Part shown: positions 6,695-14,236 of the stretch, piece by piece
How positions within the stretch are numbered: position 1 is the stretch's first letter
How the letters are laid out: each line of letters begins with the position of its first letter
Origin: Pseudobdellovibrionaceae bacterium
GTDB lineage: Bacteria; Bdellovibrionota; Bdellovibrionia; Bdellovibrionales; Bdellovibrionaceae
Assembly: GCA_041288045.1 (NCBI GenBank)
Contig: JBGGMM010000163.1
Coordinates: forward strand, 1 to 17,572
Direction of reading: 5' to 3'
Length of the DNA stretch: 17,572 nucleotides
Position numbers and translations under genes: made by a program
The notes under the pieces: generated by a model
What the model was told of the DNA's origin: nothing
The model's database searches: none
What the model saw: the letters and a program-made list of their open reading frames with translations, nothing else

Positions 6695-8911
6695 TCACTT
6701 CCCCAGTCCTAAAATCGCCTCGCGCTTGCCGACAATCCAAATCAGATCCTTGGCTTGAATCAGAAAGCTAGATTCAGGGTTGAGGATTCGTTTTCCGGCG
6801 CGTTCAATCCCAACCACAATCCCGTGAGTCAGCTCGCGAATTTGGCTATCGCGAATGGTTTTTCCTAGCAACGGAGATTGGTCGGAAACTAAAATGGGTT
6901 CCAATTGAATATCTTCTTCATGCTCATGGTTTCCTTCTTCGCTTTCGAGTAGAGAAGAGACTTCGCTGATCTGTTGATCGGTTCCCAAGACCAAGACTTG
7001 GTCTCCAGGGAAAAGAAAATCACCGCGTTGCGCGGGGAGGATGCTTTTTTTCCCTCGAAGAATCATCACGACTGTGACGCCGAAGTGCTCGCGCAGTTTG
7101 GCTTCGGCCAAGGTCTTTCCGACAACTGATGACTGCGGGGAAATTTTGACTTGTGCCAAGCTTGTGTTCCAAGGAGCAAGGCGGTGAGCTTCTGCCGATT
7201 CTGTTGTCGAGGGTTCAGTTTCGGTCTCGGACAGATTTTTTCGAAAGCGCATTTCCATTTTTTGATAAATGAAAGTCGCCGATTGATGTCCGAAGTAAAC
7301 TAAGACGGGCAGAAGAAAAAGAACCAGCAATCGAGAAGAGGGATTGCCAGGCAATAAGAGAATGGCAGTCAAAATCAATATAAATCCTAAAATTCCGCGA
7401 AGGGCGGTGGTCGTGACGAGAAAGGGATCCATGGCCATGGGACTTTTCATCATTCGAATCAACCGGCGAATTCCAATGATTTCCCAAATAAAGGGAAAAG
7501 CCAGAGTCAATGTGAGCATGGAAAAGAGGGTGGGTCCGAAAAGCTCGTCATTGAGGATATGGGGGAAGATGGGGTAAACCCAATTTTTCATACTGAAAAC
7601 AATGGCCAGAACCAAAACTGAATTGAAGAGGAGCACAAAGCCACTGTCCTGCAGAAACTGGCGAACAAAGCCTGTTGATTTTTTGTTTGGATCCGATTGT
7701 TGGTAGCGCACAAGCTTCTCAAGAAAAGAAGCCGGAAGCTTTTGGCTGAGCCAATCACTGACGGGATCCGAAGCTTTGATCAGATAGGGAGTGGTGAAAG
7801 TCGTAATCGCTGAAACCGCAACGGCAATGGGGTAGAGAAAATCACTGGTCACTTTCAACGAAAGCCCCAAAGTCGCAATGATAAAAGAAAATTCCCCAAT
7901 CTGTGCCAGACTGAACCCGGCTTGCACGGAATGCCTGAGGCTTCGTCCTGCCAGCAGAGCCCCAAGACTCGTGCTAAAGATTTTCCCGAAAATTGTGAGT
8001 GCCGTCAGCAGCGTGATGACTTTCCAATGCTCAAGCAGGGACCTGGGCTCAATCATCATCCCCACCGAGACAAAAAAGATAGCGCCAAAAAGATTCTTCA
8101 CAGGCATTAATGTGTGCTCAACCCTTCGTCCTTCGCGAGTCTCCGCAATCAAAGAGCCCATGATGAAAGCTCCCAATGCCGGCGAAAAATTCAGCTGGGT
8201 CGCAATCATCACCATTCCCAGACAAAGTCCAATGCAGACAATGAGAAGTGTTTCTTCATTGAGAAATTTCCGTAGAGTTTTAAACAGATTGGGCAAAATA
8301 TAAATCCCAAACAAAAACCAAAGCACCATGAAAAAAGGCAACTTCAAGCTGGTCAAGGCCAGCTCGGCCCCCGCACTCTCACTGGCGCTCGCCACTGTAG
8401 AAAGCAGCACCATGAGAAAAATGGCGACCAGATCTTCGACTATCAAGGCGGCAAAAACCAAAGAGACAAAAGCTCTTTTTTTCATTCCCAATTCTTCCAG
8501 AGCCCGAATGATGATCGTCGTTGAAGAGATGGCAAGAACCCCGCCCAGAAACAGACTGTCCATCATCGACCAACCCAGCAGCTGCCCCGTCAAATAGCCG
8601 AGAGCCATCATAAAGACGATTTCAAAAACAGCAGTGATCGAAGCGCTCGGCCCCACTTTCAAAAGCTTTCGAAAGCTGAACTCAAGCCCCAAACTAAAAA
8701 GCAAAAAGATGACGCCGATCTCGGCCCAGATCTTGATGCCCTCAACGTCAATGACCGTTGGGTGAAAGCCAACATGTGGACTGACAAGAAATCCCGCCAC
8801 CAAATAACCCAGAACAACCGGCTGTTTGAGATAGCGGAACAACACAGTAGTCACTGCCGCTGTGATCAGAATAATTCCTAAATCGTGAATGAGCTGTGGA
8901 ACATGAACCAT
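6695..8911 (-). CDS. CPA2-family cation:proton antiporter with two C-terminal RCK_C (TrkA-C) domains
   Basis: Many TM segments with KQPVVLGYLVAG, AEIGVIFLLFSLGLEF, ISSTTII, LIVEDL, FFVSVGM, LAQIGEFSFIIA; two RCK_C repeats (SSVVGKTLAEAKLRE..GVTVVMILRG; SPLLGKTIRDSQIRE..GIVVGIERAG). SD GGGAGG at 8927-8922. Confidence 0.93.
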   Translation of the reverse strand: MVHVPQLIHDLGIILITAAVTTVLFRYLKQPVVLGYLVAGFLVSPHVGFHPTVIDVEGIKIWAEIGVIFLLFSLGLEFSFRKLLKVGPSASITAVFEIVFMMALGYLTGQLLGWSMMDSLFLGGVLAISSTTIIIRALEELGMKKRAFVSLVFAALIVEDLVAIFLMVLLSTVASASESAGAELALTSLKLPFFMVLWFLFGIYILPNLFKTLRKFLNEETLLIVCIGLCLGMVMIATQLNFSPALGAFIMGSLIAETREGRRVEHTLMPVKNLFGAIFFVSVGMMIEPRSLLEHWKVITLLTALTIFGKIFSTSLGALLAGRSLRHSVQAGFSLAQIGEFSFIIATLGLSLKVTSDFLYPIAVAVSAITTFTTPYLIKASDPVSDWLSQKLPASFLEKLVRYQQSDPNKKSTGFVRQFLQDSGFVLLFNSVLVLAIVFSMKNWVYPIFPHILNDELFGPTLFSMLTLTLAFPFIWEIIGIRRLIRMMKSPMAMDPFLVTTTALRGILGFILILTAILLLPGNPSSRLLVLFLLPVLVYFGHQSATFIYQKMEMRFRKNLSETETEPSTTESAEAHRLAPWNTSLAQVKISPQSSVVGKTLAEAKLREHFGVTVVMILRGKKSILPAQRGDFLFPGDQVLVLGTDQQISEVSSLLESEEGNHEHEEDIQLEPILVSDQSPLLGKTIRDSQIRELTHGIVVGIERAGKRILNPESSFLIQAKDLIWIVGKREAILGLGK

Positions 8912-8918
8912 AGAGAGA

Positions 8919-8989
8919 CATCCTCCCGAAGAAAAAATGGAACTGATTTTTCAAAAAAAGCTGAAAGCTCAGCCCAATTTCGGAGGATG
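8919..8989 (-). promoter_or_regulatory. SD-sequestering stem (translational attenuator) for the antiporter
   Basis: mRNA CAUCCUCCGAA (8989-8979, codons H-P-P-K of the leader ORF) pairs with UUCGGGAGGAUG (8930-8919), which contains the antiporter SD; 11 bp with one bulged G. Confidence 0.7.
8953..8973 (-). terminator. Intrinsic terminator-like hairpin overlapping the leader ORF stop codon
   Basis: mRNA GCUGA-GCUU-UCAGC (8973-8960) followed directly by U7 (8959-8953); TGA at 8971-8969 lies in the 5' arm. The stem is short. Confidence 0.5.
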
Positions 8990-9259
8990 GAAAATCGAAG
9001 GCGGAATGCCATCCGAAATTCCGAGAAATTCAAATAGAGATGGTTTGAGAAAAATCAATTCTTGAGAGACAAAAAGAAAAAAAGAGGCCGCTTCACAAGC
9101 GTGCACAGGCGCCTGGTCCGCGATCGGTGGCAGAGAATCTGATGAAGGCAAAGACTCTTCCTGAGCTGCCGGGGCCGAAGCGCGAATGAAATTCGAGGAA
9201 GGATCCGAAAGCTCAAAGGCCAATAGAAATAAAATGAAGATGCTGATCCATCTTGCCAT
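8969..9259 (-). CDS. Small exported leader protein with C-terminal IFHPP motif (candidate arrest peptide/uORF)
   Basis: 96 aa; N-terminal hydrophobic MARWISIFILFLLAF, low-complexity linker, HAC, ending GIPPSIFHPPKLG; near-consensus promoter 7 nt upstream of the ATG. Confidence 0.7.
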   Translation of the reverse strand: MARWISIFILFLLAFELSDPSSNFIRASAPAAQEESLPSSDSLPPIADQAPVHACEAASFFLFVSQELIFLKPSLFEFLGISDGIPPSIFHPPKLG

Positions 9260-9266
9260 GATTTGG

Positions 9267-9295
9267 AGCCTAACAGCTCACCCTTGCAGACTCAA
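9267..9295 (-). promoter_or_regulatory. Sigma70 promoter for a leaderless leader ORF-antiporter transcript
   Basis: TTGAGT(9295-9290)-17 nt-(TGT)TAGGCT(9272-9267), then 7 nt to ATG 9259. Confidence 0.7.
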
Positions 9296-9326
9296 TTGTT
9301 TGATACCAAGGATTGCGAGATCAGTT

Positions 9327-9476
9327 TTAAGCGAGGCTTGGGCCAAAAACCAGAGCAATGGCAATGGTGATGATCAGTGGAATGGCGGCATACATAAAAA
9401 ATGGCAACATCTCAGTGCGGACCGCTTGTTCTTTTTCGTCTTTTGACAAATTTTTGTAAGTATTTTCGTTGGCCAT
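9327..9476 (-). CDS. Small single-pass membrane protein (49 aa), not in ORF track
   Basis: GGAGGA-AACC-ATG; MANENTYKNLSKDEKEQAVRTEMLPFFMYAAIPLIITIAIALVFGPSLA*; has its own promoter upstream. Confidence 0.8.
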   Translation of the reverse strand: MANENTYKNLSKDEKEQAVRTEMLPFFMYAAIPLIITIAIALVFGPSLA

Positions 9477-9505
9477 GGTTTCCTCCGCAGACTGTCTCTA
9501 GAGAA

Positions 9506-9534
9506 ATCCTAACAATCCCTTATTCAAACTTCAA
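9506..9534 (-). promoter_or_regulatory. Sigma70 promoter for the 49-aa gene
   Basis: TTGAAG(9534-9529)-17 nt-(TGT)TAGGAT(9511-9506). Confidence 0.65.
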
Positions 9535-10323
9535 CGGGAATAACGTCGAGATTGAAGGCCCTTTGAACGAGCGGAACTCAATGCGACGAAGCACTTCTAA
9601 CAGGCATTTTTTAAATTCGTCATTGGTCATTTGGCTGGCAGTGACTTCGGCGACGCTGAGCTTGCCATTGTTTTCAATTGTGAAGCTCAAAGCCACATTG
9701 CCCTTGGCCGAGGGCTCTTTCTGCAGAAGCTGAGTGTAGCATTTAAAAAAACTGCTGCGATGATTGTTCATCACAGTCCCAATTTCATCTTCCGTGAGAC
9801 CCAGATGCACAGGTCCTGGATTGGGAAGATCATCCACTGGTTTCATCGGCTCGACTGCCATTTGGGCAAGAGGGGAGCTGTTGTAATCGGTGGCAGAAAC
9901 TCTCTCTCCATTTTTTGCAATGACAAGCTCGCCTTCGCGGCCAAAGTTTTCGACTCGAACTTCGCCGCGTTTCACAATCATCAGGACTCGAAAGGATTCC
10001 TGGTCTTCAATGCGCTCAAGTGTCACCAAAGTGTTGTTGGAAAGGCGAACTCGGTAAGCGCTTTCGAAAGAAAGAAGCGCTTCGCCAGTTTCCATGGTCT
10101 CAACCGAATCCAAATTGTAAACATTGATTTTACGATCGACATTTTCTTTTTGAGTGTAGCCAGATCTGAGAACCGAAACCTTGCCACTTTCTCTTTCAAT
10201 TCGAGCCAAACGAATTTCCTGCACGCTAGGTTTGGGCGCAAAAAAAGAAAAGTAGGTCGAGACGCCAATCAGCACCAGTCCCAGGAACAAAAATCCGAAG
10301 ACCACTTGGCTCTTTTCAGGCAT
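9520..10323 (-). CDS. Membrane-anchored protein with FecR-like beta region and AgmX/PglI (TonB-C-like) C-terminal domain
   Basis: N-terminal TM; GKVSVLR...LDSVET...EALLSF...VRLSNNTLVTL is FecR-like; FFKCYTQLLQKEPSAKGNVALSFTIENNGK...FKKCLLEVLRRIEF...FPLKFE matches the AgmX/PglI C-domain with its Cys pair. Confidence 0.8.
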   Translation of the reverse strand: MPEKSQVVFGFLFLGLVLIGVSTYFSFFAPKPSVQEIRLARIERESGKVSVLRSGYTQKENVDRKINVYNLDSVETMETGEALLSFESAYRVRLSNNTLVTLERIEDQESFRVLMIVKRGEVRVENFGREGELVIAKNGERVSATDYNSSPLAQMAVEPMKPVDDLPNPGPVHLGLTEDEIGTVMNNHRSSFFKCYTQLLQKEPSAKGNVALSFTIENNGKLSVAEVTASQMTNDEFKKCLLEVLRRIEFRSFKGPSISTLFPLKFE

Positions 10324-10329
10324 GCAGTC

Positions 10330-10707
10330 TTACTTTTTAGGAGCTTGTGTTGTCGTTGTGGTTTCCGCGGCAGGAGCAGGAGTGGTTGCGGCAGCTGCGG
10401 CATCACCTGAAACTGCCGGTGCAGCCGTTTCAACCGGAGCTGCTGGCAAGTTTTTCAGATTGTCGACAACCGATGATCGTTTGTTAGCAAAAGTCGCAAG
10501 CAAAATGCTGGTCAGTGCGAAAATCACAGCCGCAATGCGAGTGACTTTTTGAGCTAGTGTCGCGCCGCCGGTCGCACCGAGGATGGAATTCGAACCACCA
10601 CCACCAAAAGCTCCACCCATTCCGCCGCCCTTCGAGTCCTGCAAGAGAACCAGAGCGATCAAAGCCAAAGCCGTGATTATATGAATAATGGCGATAAACG
10701 TTTCCAT
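10330..10707 (-). CDS. secG: Preprotein translocase subunit SecG
   Basis: LIALVLLQDSKGGGMGGAFGGGGSNSILG...LAQKVTRIAAVIFALTSILL; GGAGG SD before ATG 10707 (the track start at 10767 is too far upstream); Ala/Thr/Pro-rich tail. Confidence 0.95.
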   Translation of the reverse strand: METFIAIIHIITALALIALVLLQDSKGGGMGGAFGGGGSNSILGATGGATLAQKVTRIAAVIFALTSILLATFANKRSSVVDNLKNLPAAPVETAAPAVSGDAAAAATTPAPAAETTTTTQAPKK

Positions 10708-10767
10708 CGTGATGAAGCCTCCATGAAATGACGGATCAATATAGAAAAAACCAGACCTCAAAGTCAC

Positions 10768-10797
10768 TTGAAATCCAGAGTCCCTCCAGGGGATAAT
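10768..10797 (+). promoter_or_regulatory. Putative sigma70 promoter, divergent from secG
   Basis: TTGAAA(10768-10773)-18 nt-GATAAT(10792-10797); SD GGAGGA at 10808-10813 before ATG 10818. Confidence 0.45.
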
Positions 10798-10817
10798 GCA
10801 AAATGTCGGAGGATTCC

Positions 10818-11741
10818 ATGGCCCCTTTCTTAGCTTTGATCTTCACTTTGGCGGTCACAGGTTCGAGCTTTGCCAAAGACAAACTGAGCCTTGAGAAAAT
10901 GACTTCAGGAATTCAAAAATCCGATGAAATTGCCGCTCTTTACAAGCTCACAGCCGATTTGCAAAAAGACCCGGCAAAAGAGCTGAAACCCTTGCTTCAA
11001 GCCAATCAAAAGCCACTTGCGCAGTTGCAAAAAGAATTTCTGGAATCCGCCAATTTCATTCGTGGTGAAATTGAAAGTGAAAAAGTCCTCAATCAACTGA
11101 TGGCCTGCCTGCAGCTTTCCATGCTCAAAAGTAGAGCTCACAGCTTTCAATCCGAGTGGCCACAAATGCAAAATGAATTCTCCAGCTGGTTTCTGTTTGC
11201 CGCTGATTTCCCCTACGAGGAAAGCTCCCTGGTGGGACTTCGTACCAGTGGAGTCATCCGCTCGCTCTTGCTCGATGAGCTTGAAAAAATCCAAACTCGT
11301 TTTGCTGCCCAATTGGCCTCACAGCCGACTTTTCGCCAGTGGTTTTTGAAAGTCAGAGCGCCTTGGCCTGTGGACCGTGTCCTCATTAGTGAAGCCAAGC
11401 GACTTCTCAAGCCGCCGATGATGTCCGTGGCTAACGCTGCCGCTCGGGCTTTTCAAAAAAATCCCTATCAAACCAGTCAACAGGCACTTGAGAAAATCAA
11501 AGGCGGGCAGAGTGAAGGGGCTGAGCTCTTGAAGCAAATCTGGCGAGAAGCTGACATTCAGCTGATGAAAACAGAAATCAATCGCATTGGAAAACTGAAA
11601 TTGCGTCTGGCGAAAGCTGAGTTTGAGAATGTGAATAAAAAAGCGCCAGATTCTGTGCAGACTCTTCTCAACGCAGGCCTCCTAGATCAGGCACCTGTCG
11701 ACTATTTCACTGGCAAGGCCCTCGATTTGACTTCTTTGTAA
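10818..11741 (+). CDS. Secreted, mostly helical hypothetical protein
   Basis: SD plus ATG 10818 gives signal peptide MAPFLALIFTLAVTGSSFA; C-terminal KAPDSVQTLLNAGLLDQAPVDYFTG resembles the GspG/pilin-type tail. Confidence 0.8.
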   Translation: MAPFLALIFTLAVTGSSFAKDKLSLEKMTSGIQKSDEIAALYKLTADLQKDPAKELKPLLQANQKPLAQLQKEFLESANFIRGEIESEKVLNQLMACLQLSMLKSRAHSFQSEWPQMQNEFSSWFLFAADFPYEESSLVGLRTSGVIRSLLLDELEKIQTRFAAQLASQPTFRQWFLKVRAPWPVDRVLISEAKRLLKPPMMSVANAAARAFQKNPYQTSQQALEKIKGGQSEGAELLKQIWREADIQLMKTEINRIGKLKLRLAKAEFENVNKKAPDSVQTLLNAGLLDQAPVDYFTGKALDLTSL

Positions 11742-11761
11742 AAACAAAGCACAAGTTTCCC

Positions 11762-12400
11762 ATGCCATTTATTGTGTTTGAGGGCTTGGACGGCTCTGGG
11801 AAAAGTTCATTGATGACGGCGCTGGAAACCGAGCTGAAGAGCAAGGGGCTTCCTGTCGTTCGAACTCGTGAACCCGGAGGCACTGAACTCGGGGATCAAA
11901 TTCGCGAAATGATTCTCAACAAAGCAGGACCAGCTCCCACAGCCCGCACAGAGCTTCTTCTCTATGAAGCCAGTCGCTCTCAACACGTCGATCAAGTGAT
12001 CAAGCCGGCTTTGCAAAAAAGCGCTTGGGTTCTCTGCGATCGCTTTTCAGCAAGCTCCATTGCTTTTCAAGCCGGAGGGCGAGAGATTGCCGAAGAGTGG
12101 GTGGAAAGACTGAATGAATTTGCAACTGATGGTTTGTCGGCTGATCTTACTGTGCTTTTGGATCTTTCCGTCGAGGAAAGCCGTCGTCGTCGCAATCAGC
12201 GCCATGCTCATGGTGGGGAAAGAGAAGACAGAATCGAATCAGAAGCGGATTCTTTTCATGAGCGAGTGAGAAAATCATTTCTCTCCCAAGCTGGGAAATT
12301 CCCACACCGCTGGCTGGTTCTGAATGCCGGTGAAACTCCAGAAGCTCTCTTGAGTCAAACTCTCCAGCACATTCGGAGTCTGCGATGGCTCAACTCTTAA
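11762..12400 (+). CDS. tmk: Thymidylate kinase
   Basis: FIVFEGLDGSGKS P-loop, TREPGGT, ELLLYEASRSQH, VLCDRF. Confidence 0.96.
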   Translation: MPFIVFEGLDGSGKSSLMTALETELKSKGLPVVRTREPGGTELGDQIREMILNKAGPAPTARTELLLYEASRSQHVDQVIKPALQKSAWVLCDRFSASSIAFQAGGREIAEEWVERLNEFATDGLSADLTVLLDLSVEESRRRRNQRHAHGGEREDRIESEADSFHERVRKSFLSQAGKFPHRWLVLNAGETPEALLSQTLQHIRSLRWLNS

Positions 12401-13383
12401 AAGGAGTTCTGGACCATCAGGACATCATCCAGCGCTTTCTCAATTCCTACAAAGAAGGCCGACTGCCGCACACTTTTCTTTTTGTCGGCCCGGCCGGCGT
12501 GGGCCGAAAAACAGTGGCCATTGCTCTCGCCCAGAACTTGCTCTGCGAAAAATCGGTCCCAGCTTGCGGACTTTGTGGGAGCTGCCTGCGAGTGAGCAAC
12601 TGGGCCAGCGCTCTGAATTCAAAAAAAAATTCCGCCACTGGTCATGCCACTGGCACGGAATCACTGTGGCTCATTCAACCAGAAAAAAATCAAATCCGCT
12701 TGGATCAAGCCCATCAGATTTTGGATTTTTTGAGCTTGCGAACTCTTTCTAAAAACCGAGTGGTGATCATCGATGGCGCCGAGACTCTCAATCCACAAGC
12801 TGCCAATTCTCTGTTGAAATCTCTGGAAGAGCCGCCTGTGGGGACCTATTTTTTTCTGATTGCTCCCAGTGCAGCTCACGTGCTTTCGACTTTGAAATCG
12901 CGGGCGCAGGTGGTGGCTTTTTCTCCTCTGCAGCCAAGTGATATGAAAAAGAAAGTGTCAGCTCCTGAATGGGCGCTTCGTGCCAGTCAGGGCAGCTTTG
13001 AAAGGCTTTCGCAATTGTTGGAAAAAGACGAGCTGGAAATTCGTCAAAGCGCTCTGGCCTGGTTGCAGGATTGGGCCAGTGGCGAGGGACAAGGCTATCT
13101 GAAATCAGAAAACCGGGAACTTGTGCGCGATCGATCCGTGGCTCGCAGTCTTGCTCATCATGTGTCCTGGCTGCTTCGGGATGCTATGTATTTGAAACTG
13201 GGAGCTTCCGAGAAGGTTTTGAATTCAGATCAAATCCCAGTGCTTGAAAAACTCAATCAGTCTCTTTCAGTGGATCATTTGTTGAGAGCTTGTGAAAAAT
13301 CACTTTGGATTGAGCAAAAGCTGGATCAAAACCAGGATTCTTCTCTCGTCTTTGAGCAGTTCTGGATTGAGACCAGGCCTTAA
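12385..13383 (+). CDS. holB: DNA polymerase III delta' subunit
   Basis: LPHTFLFVGPAGVGRK, Zn-module cysteines C..ACGLCGSC, AANSLLKSLEEPP, TLKSRAQ; canonical tmk-holB-tatD order. Confidence 0.9.
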   Translation: MAQLLKGVLDHQDIIQRFLNSYKEGRLPHTFLFVGPAGVGRKTVAIALAQNLLCEKSVPACGLCGSCLRVSNWASALNSKKNSATGHATGTESLWLIQPEKNQIRLDQAHQILDFLSLRTLSKNRVVIIDGAETLNPQAANSLLKSLEEPPVGTYFFLIAPSAAHVLSTLKSRAQVVAFSPLQPSDMKKKVSAPEWALRASQGSFERLSQLLEKDELEIRQSALAWLQDWASGEGQGYLKSENRELVRDRSVARSLAHHVSWLLRDAMYLKLGASEKVLNSDQIPVLEKLNQSLSVDHLLRACEKSLWIEQKLDQNQDSSLVFEQFWIETRP

Positions 13384-13395
13384 GAGTGATACTTT
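13367..13395 (+). promoter_or_regulatory. Internal leaderless promoter for tatD
   Basis: TTGAGA(13367-13372)-17 nt-(TGA)TACTTT(13390-13395), then 6 nt to ATG 13402. Confidence 0.6.
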
Positions 13396-13401
13396 CAGAA
13401 T

Positions 13402-14172
13402 ATGTCTTGGATTGATGTTCATGCCCATTTGGATATGCTGGAGGACTCTCCAGAAGTGACTTTGCAAAAAGCCAAAGCCGCCGGCGTCAGTAAAATCGTC
13501 ACCATCGGCACAGAGCCTTCGGATCACGAATTCGTTTTAAAAACGGCCAAGCAATTTTATCCCGATATTTACTGCACTTTGGGCGTTCATCCTCACCAAG
13601 GCATGCAGTGGAAAGAGGAAATCGGCGATTGGATCGAAAAGCATTTGCCAGAAAAAGAAGTCATCGCAGTTGGCGAAATCGGCCTTGATTACTATTACAA
13701 CCAATCTCCAGTGGAAGAACAGAAGCTGGCTTTTCGTCGCCAGTTGGAAATCGCCCGCAAGCACCGAATGCCTGTGCAGATTCACACTCGCGAGGCAGAG
13801 CAGGACACAGTTGAAATTCTGAAAGAGTTCAAAGGCGAAGTCGGAGGATTGATTCACTGCTTTACAAGCTCAGCTTGGCTGGCCCAAGAGGTTCTGGATT
13901 TGGGATTTAACATTTCCTTTAGCGGTGTTGTGACCTTTAAAAATGCTGAAAGTTTACGCGAAACCTGCAAAATGGTGCCTTTAAATCGCCTGCATGTGGA
14001 AACCGACGCCCCATTCCTGGCGCCAGTGCCCCAGCGCGGGAAGAAAAACACACCGGCTTTTGTGGTTCATACGGCCTCTTTGGTGGCCCAGCTCAAAGGT
14101 GTCTCCGAAGAAGAACTTGCTGCCGCCACCAACGAAAATGCGCGTCAACTCTTCCCGAAAATCGTCTGGTAA
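13402..14172 (+). CDS. tatD: TatD-family deoxyribonuclease (YcfH-like)
   Basis: IDVHAHL, GVHPH, VGEIGLDYY, IHTREA, IHCF, VETDAPFLAP. Confidence 0.93.
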   Translation: MSWIDVHAHLDMLEDSPEVTLQKAKAAGVSKIVTIGTEPSDHEFVLKTAKQFYPDIYCTLGVHPHQGMQWKEEIGDWIEKHLPEKEVIAVGEIGLDYYYNQSPVEEQKLAFRRQLEIARKHRMPVQIHTREAEQDTVEILKEFKGEVGGLIHCFTSSAWLAQEVLDLGFNISFSGVVTFKNAESLRETCKMVPLNRLHVETDAPFLAPVPQRGKKNTPAFVVHTASLVAQLKGVSEEELAAATNENARQLFPKIVW

Positions 14173-14236
14173 GCCATGATCCTAAGCTTTAAGAGACTTC
14201 CTCGAGAGGTCCAACTCTTTTGCAAAAGGATTTTCA

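Noticed and set aside
10340..10450. Ala/Thr/Pro-rich quasi-repeats in the secG tail
   Set aside because: Ordinary low-complexity SecG extension, not a DNA repeat array.
12590..12670. HolB insertion (NWASALNSKKNSATGHATGTES) where HPD is usual
   Set aside because: In-frame variable loop after the Zn module; no intein or mobile-element signature.
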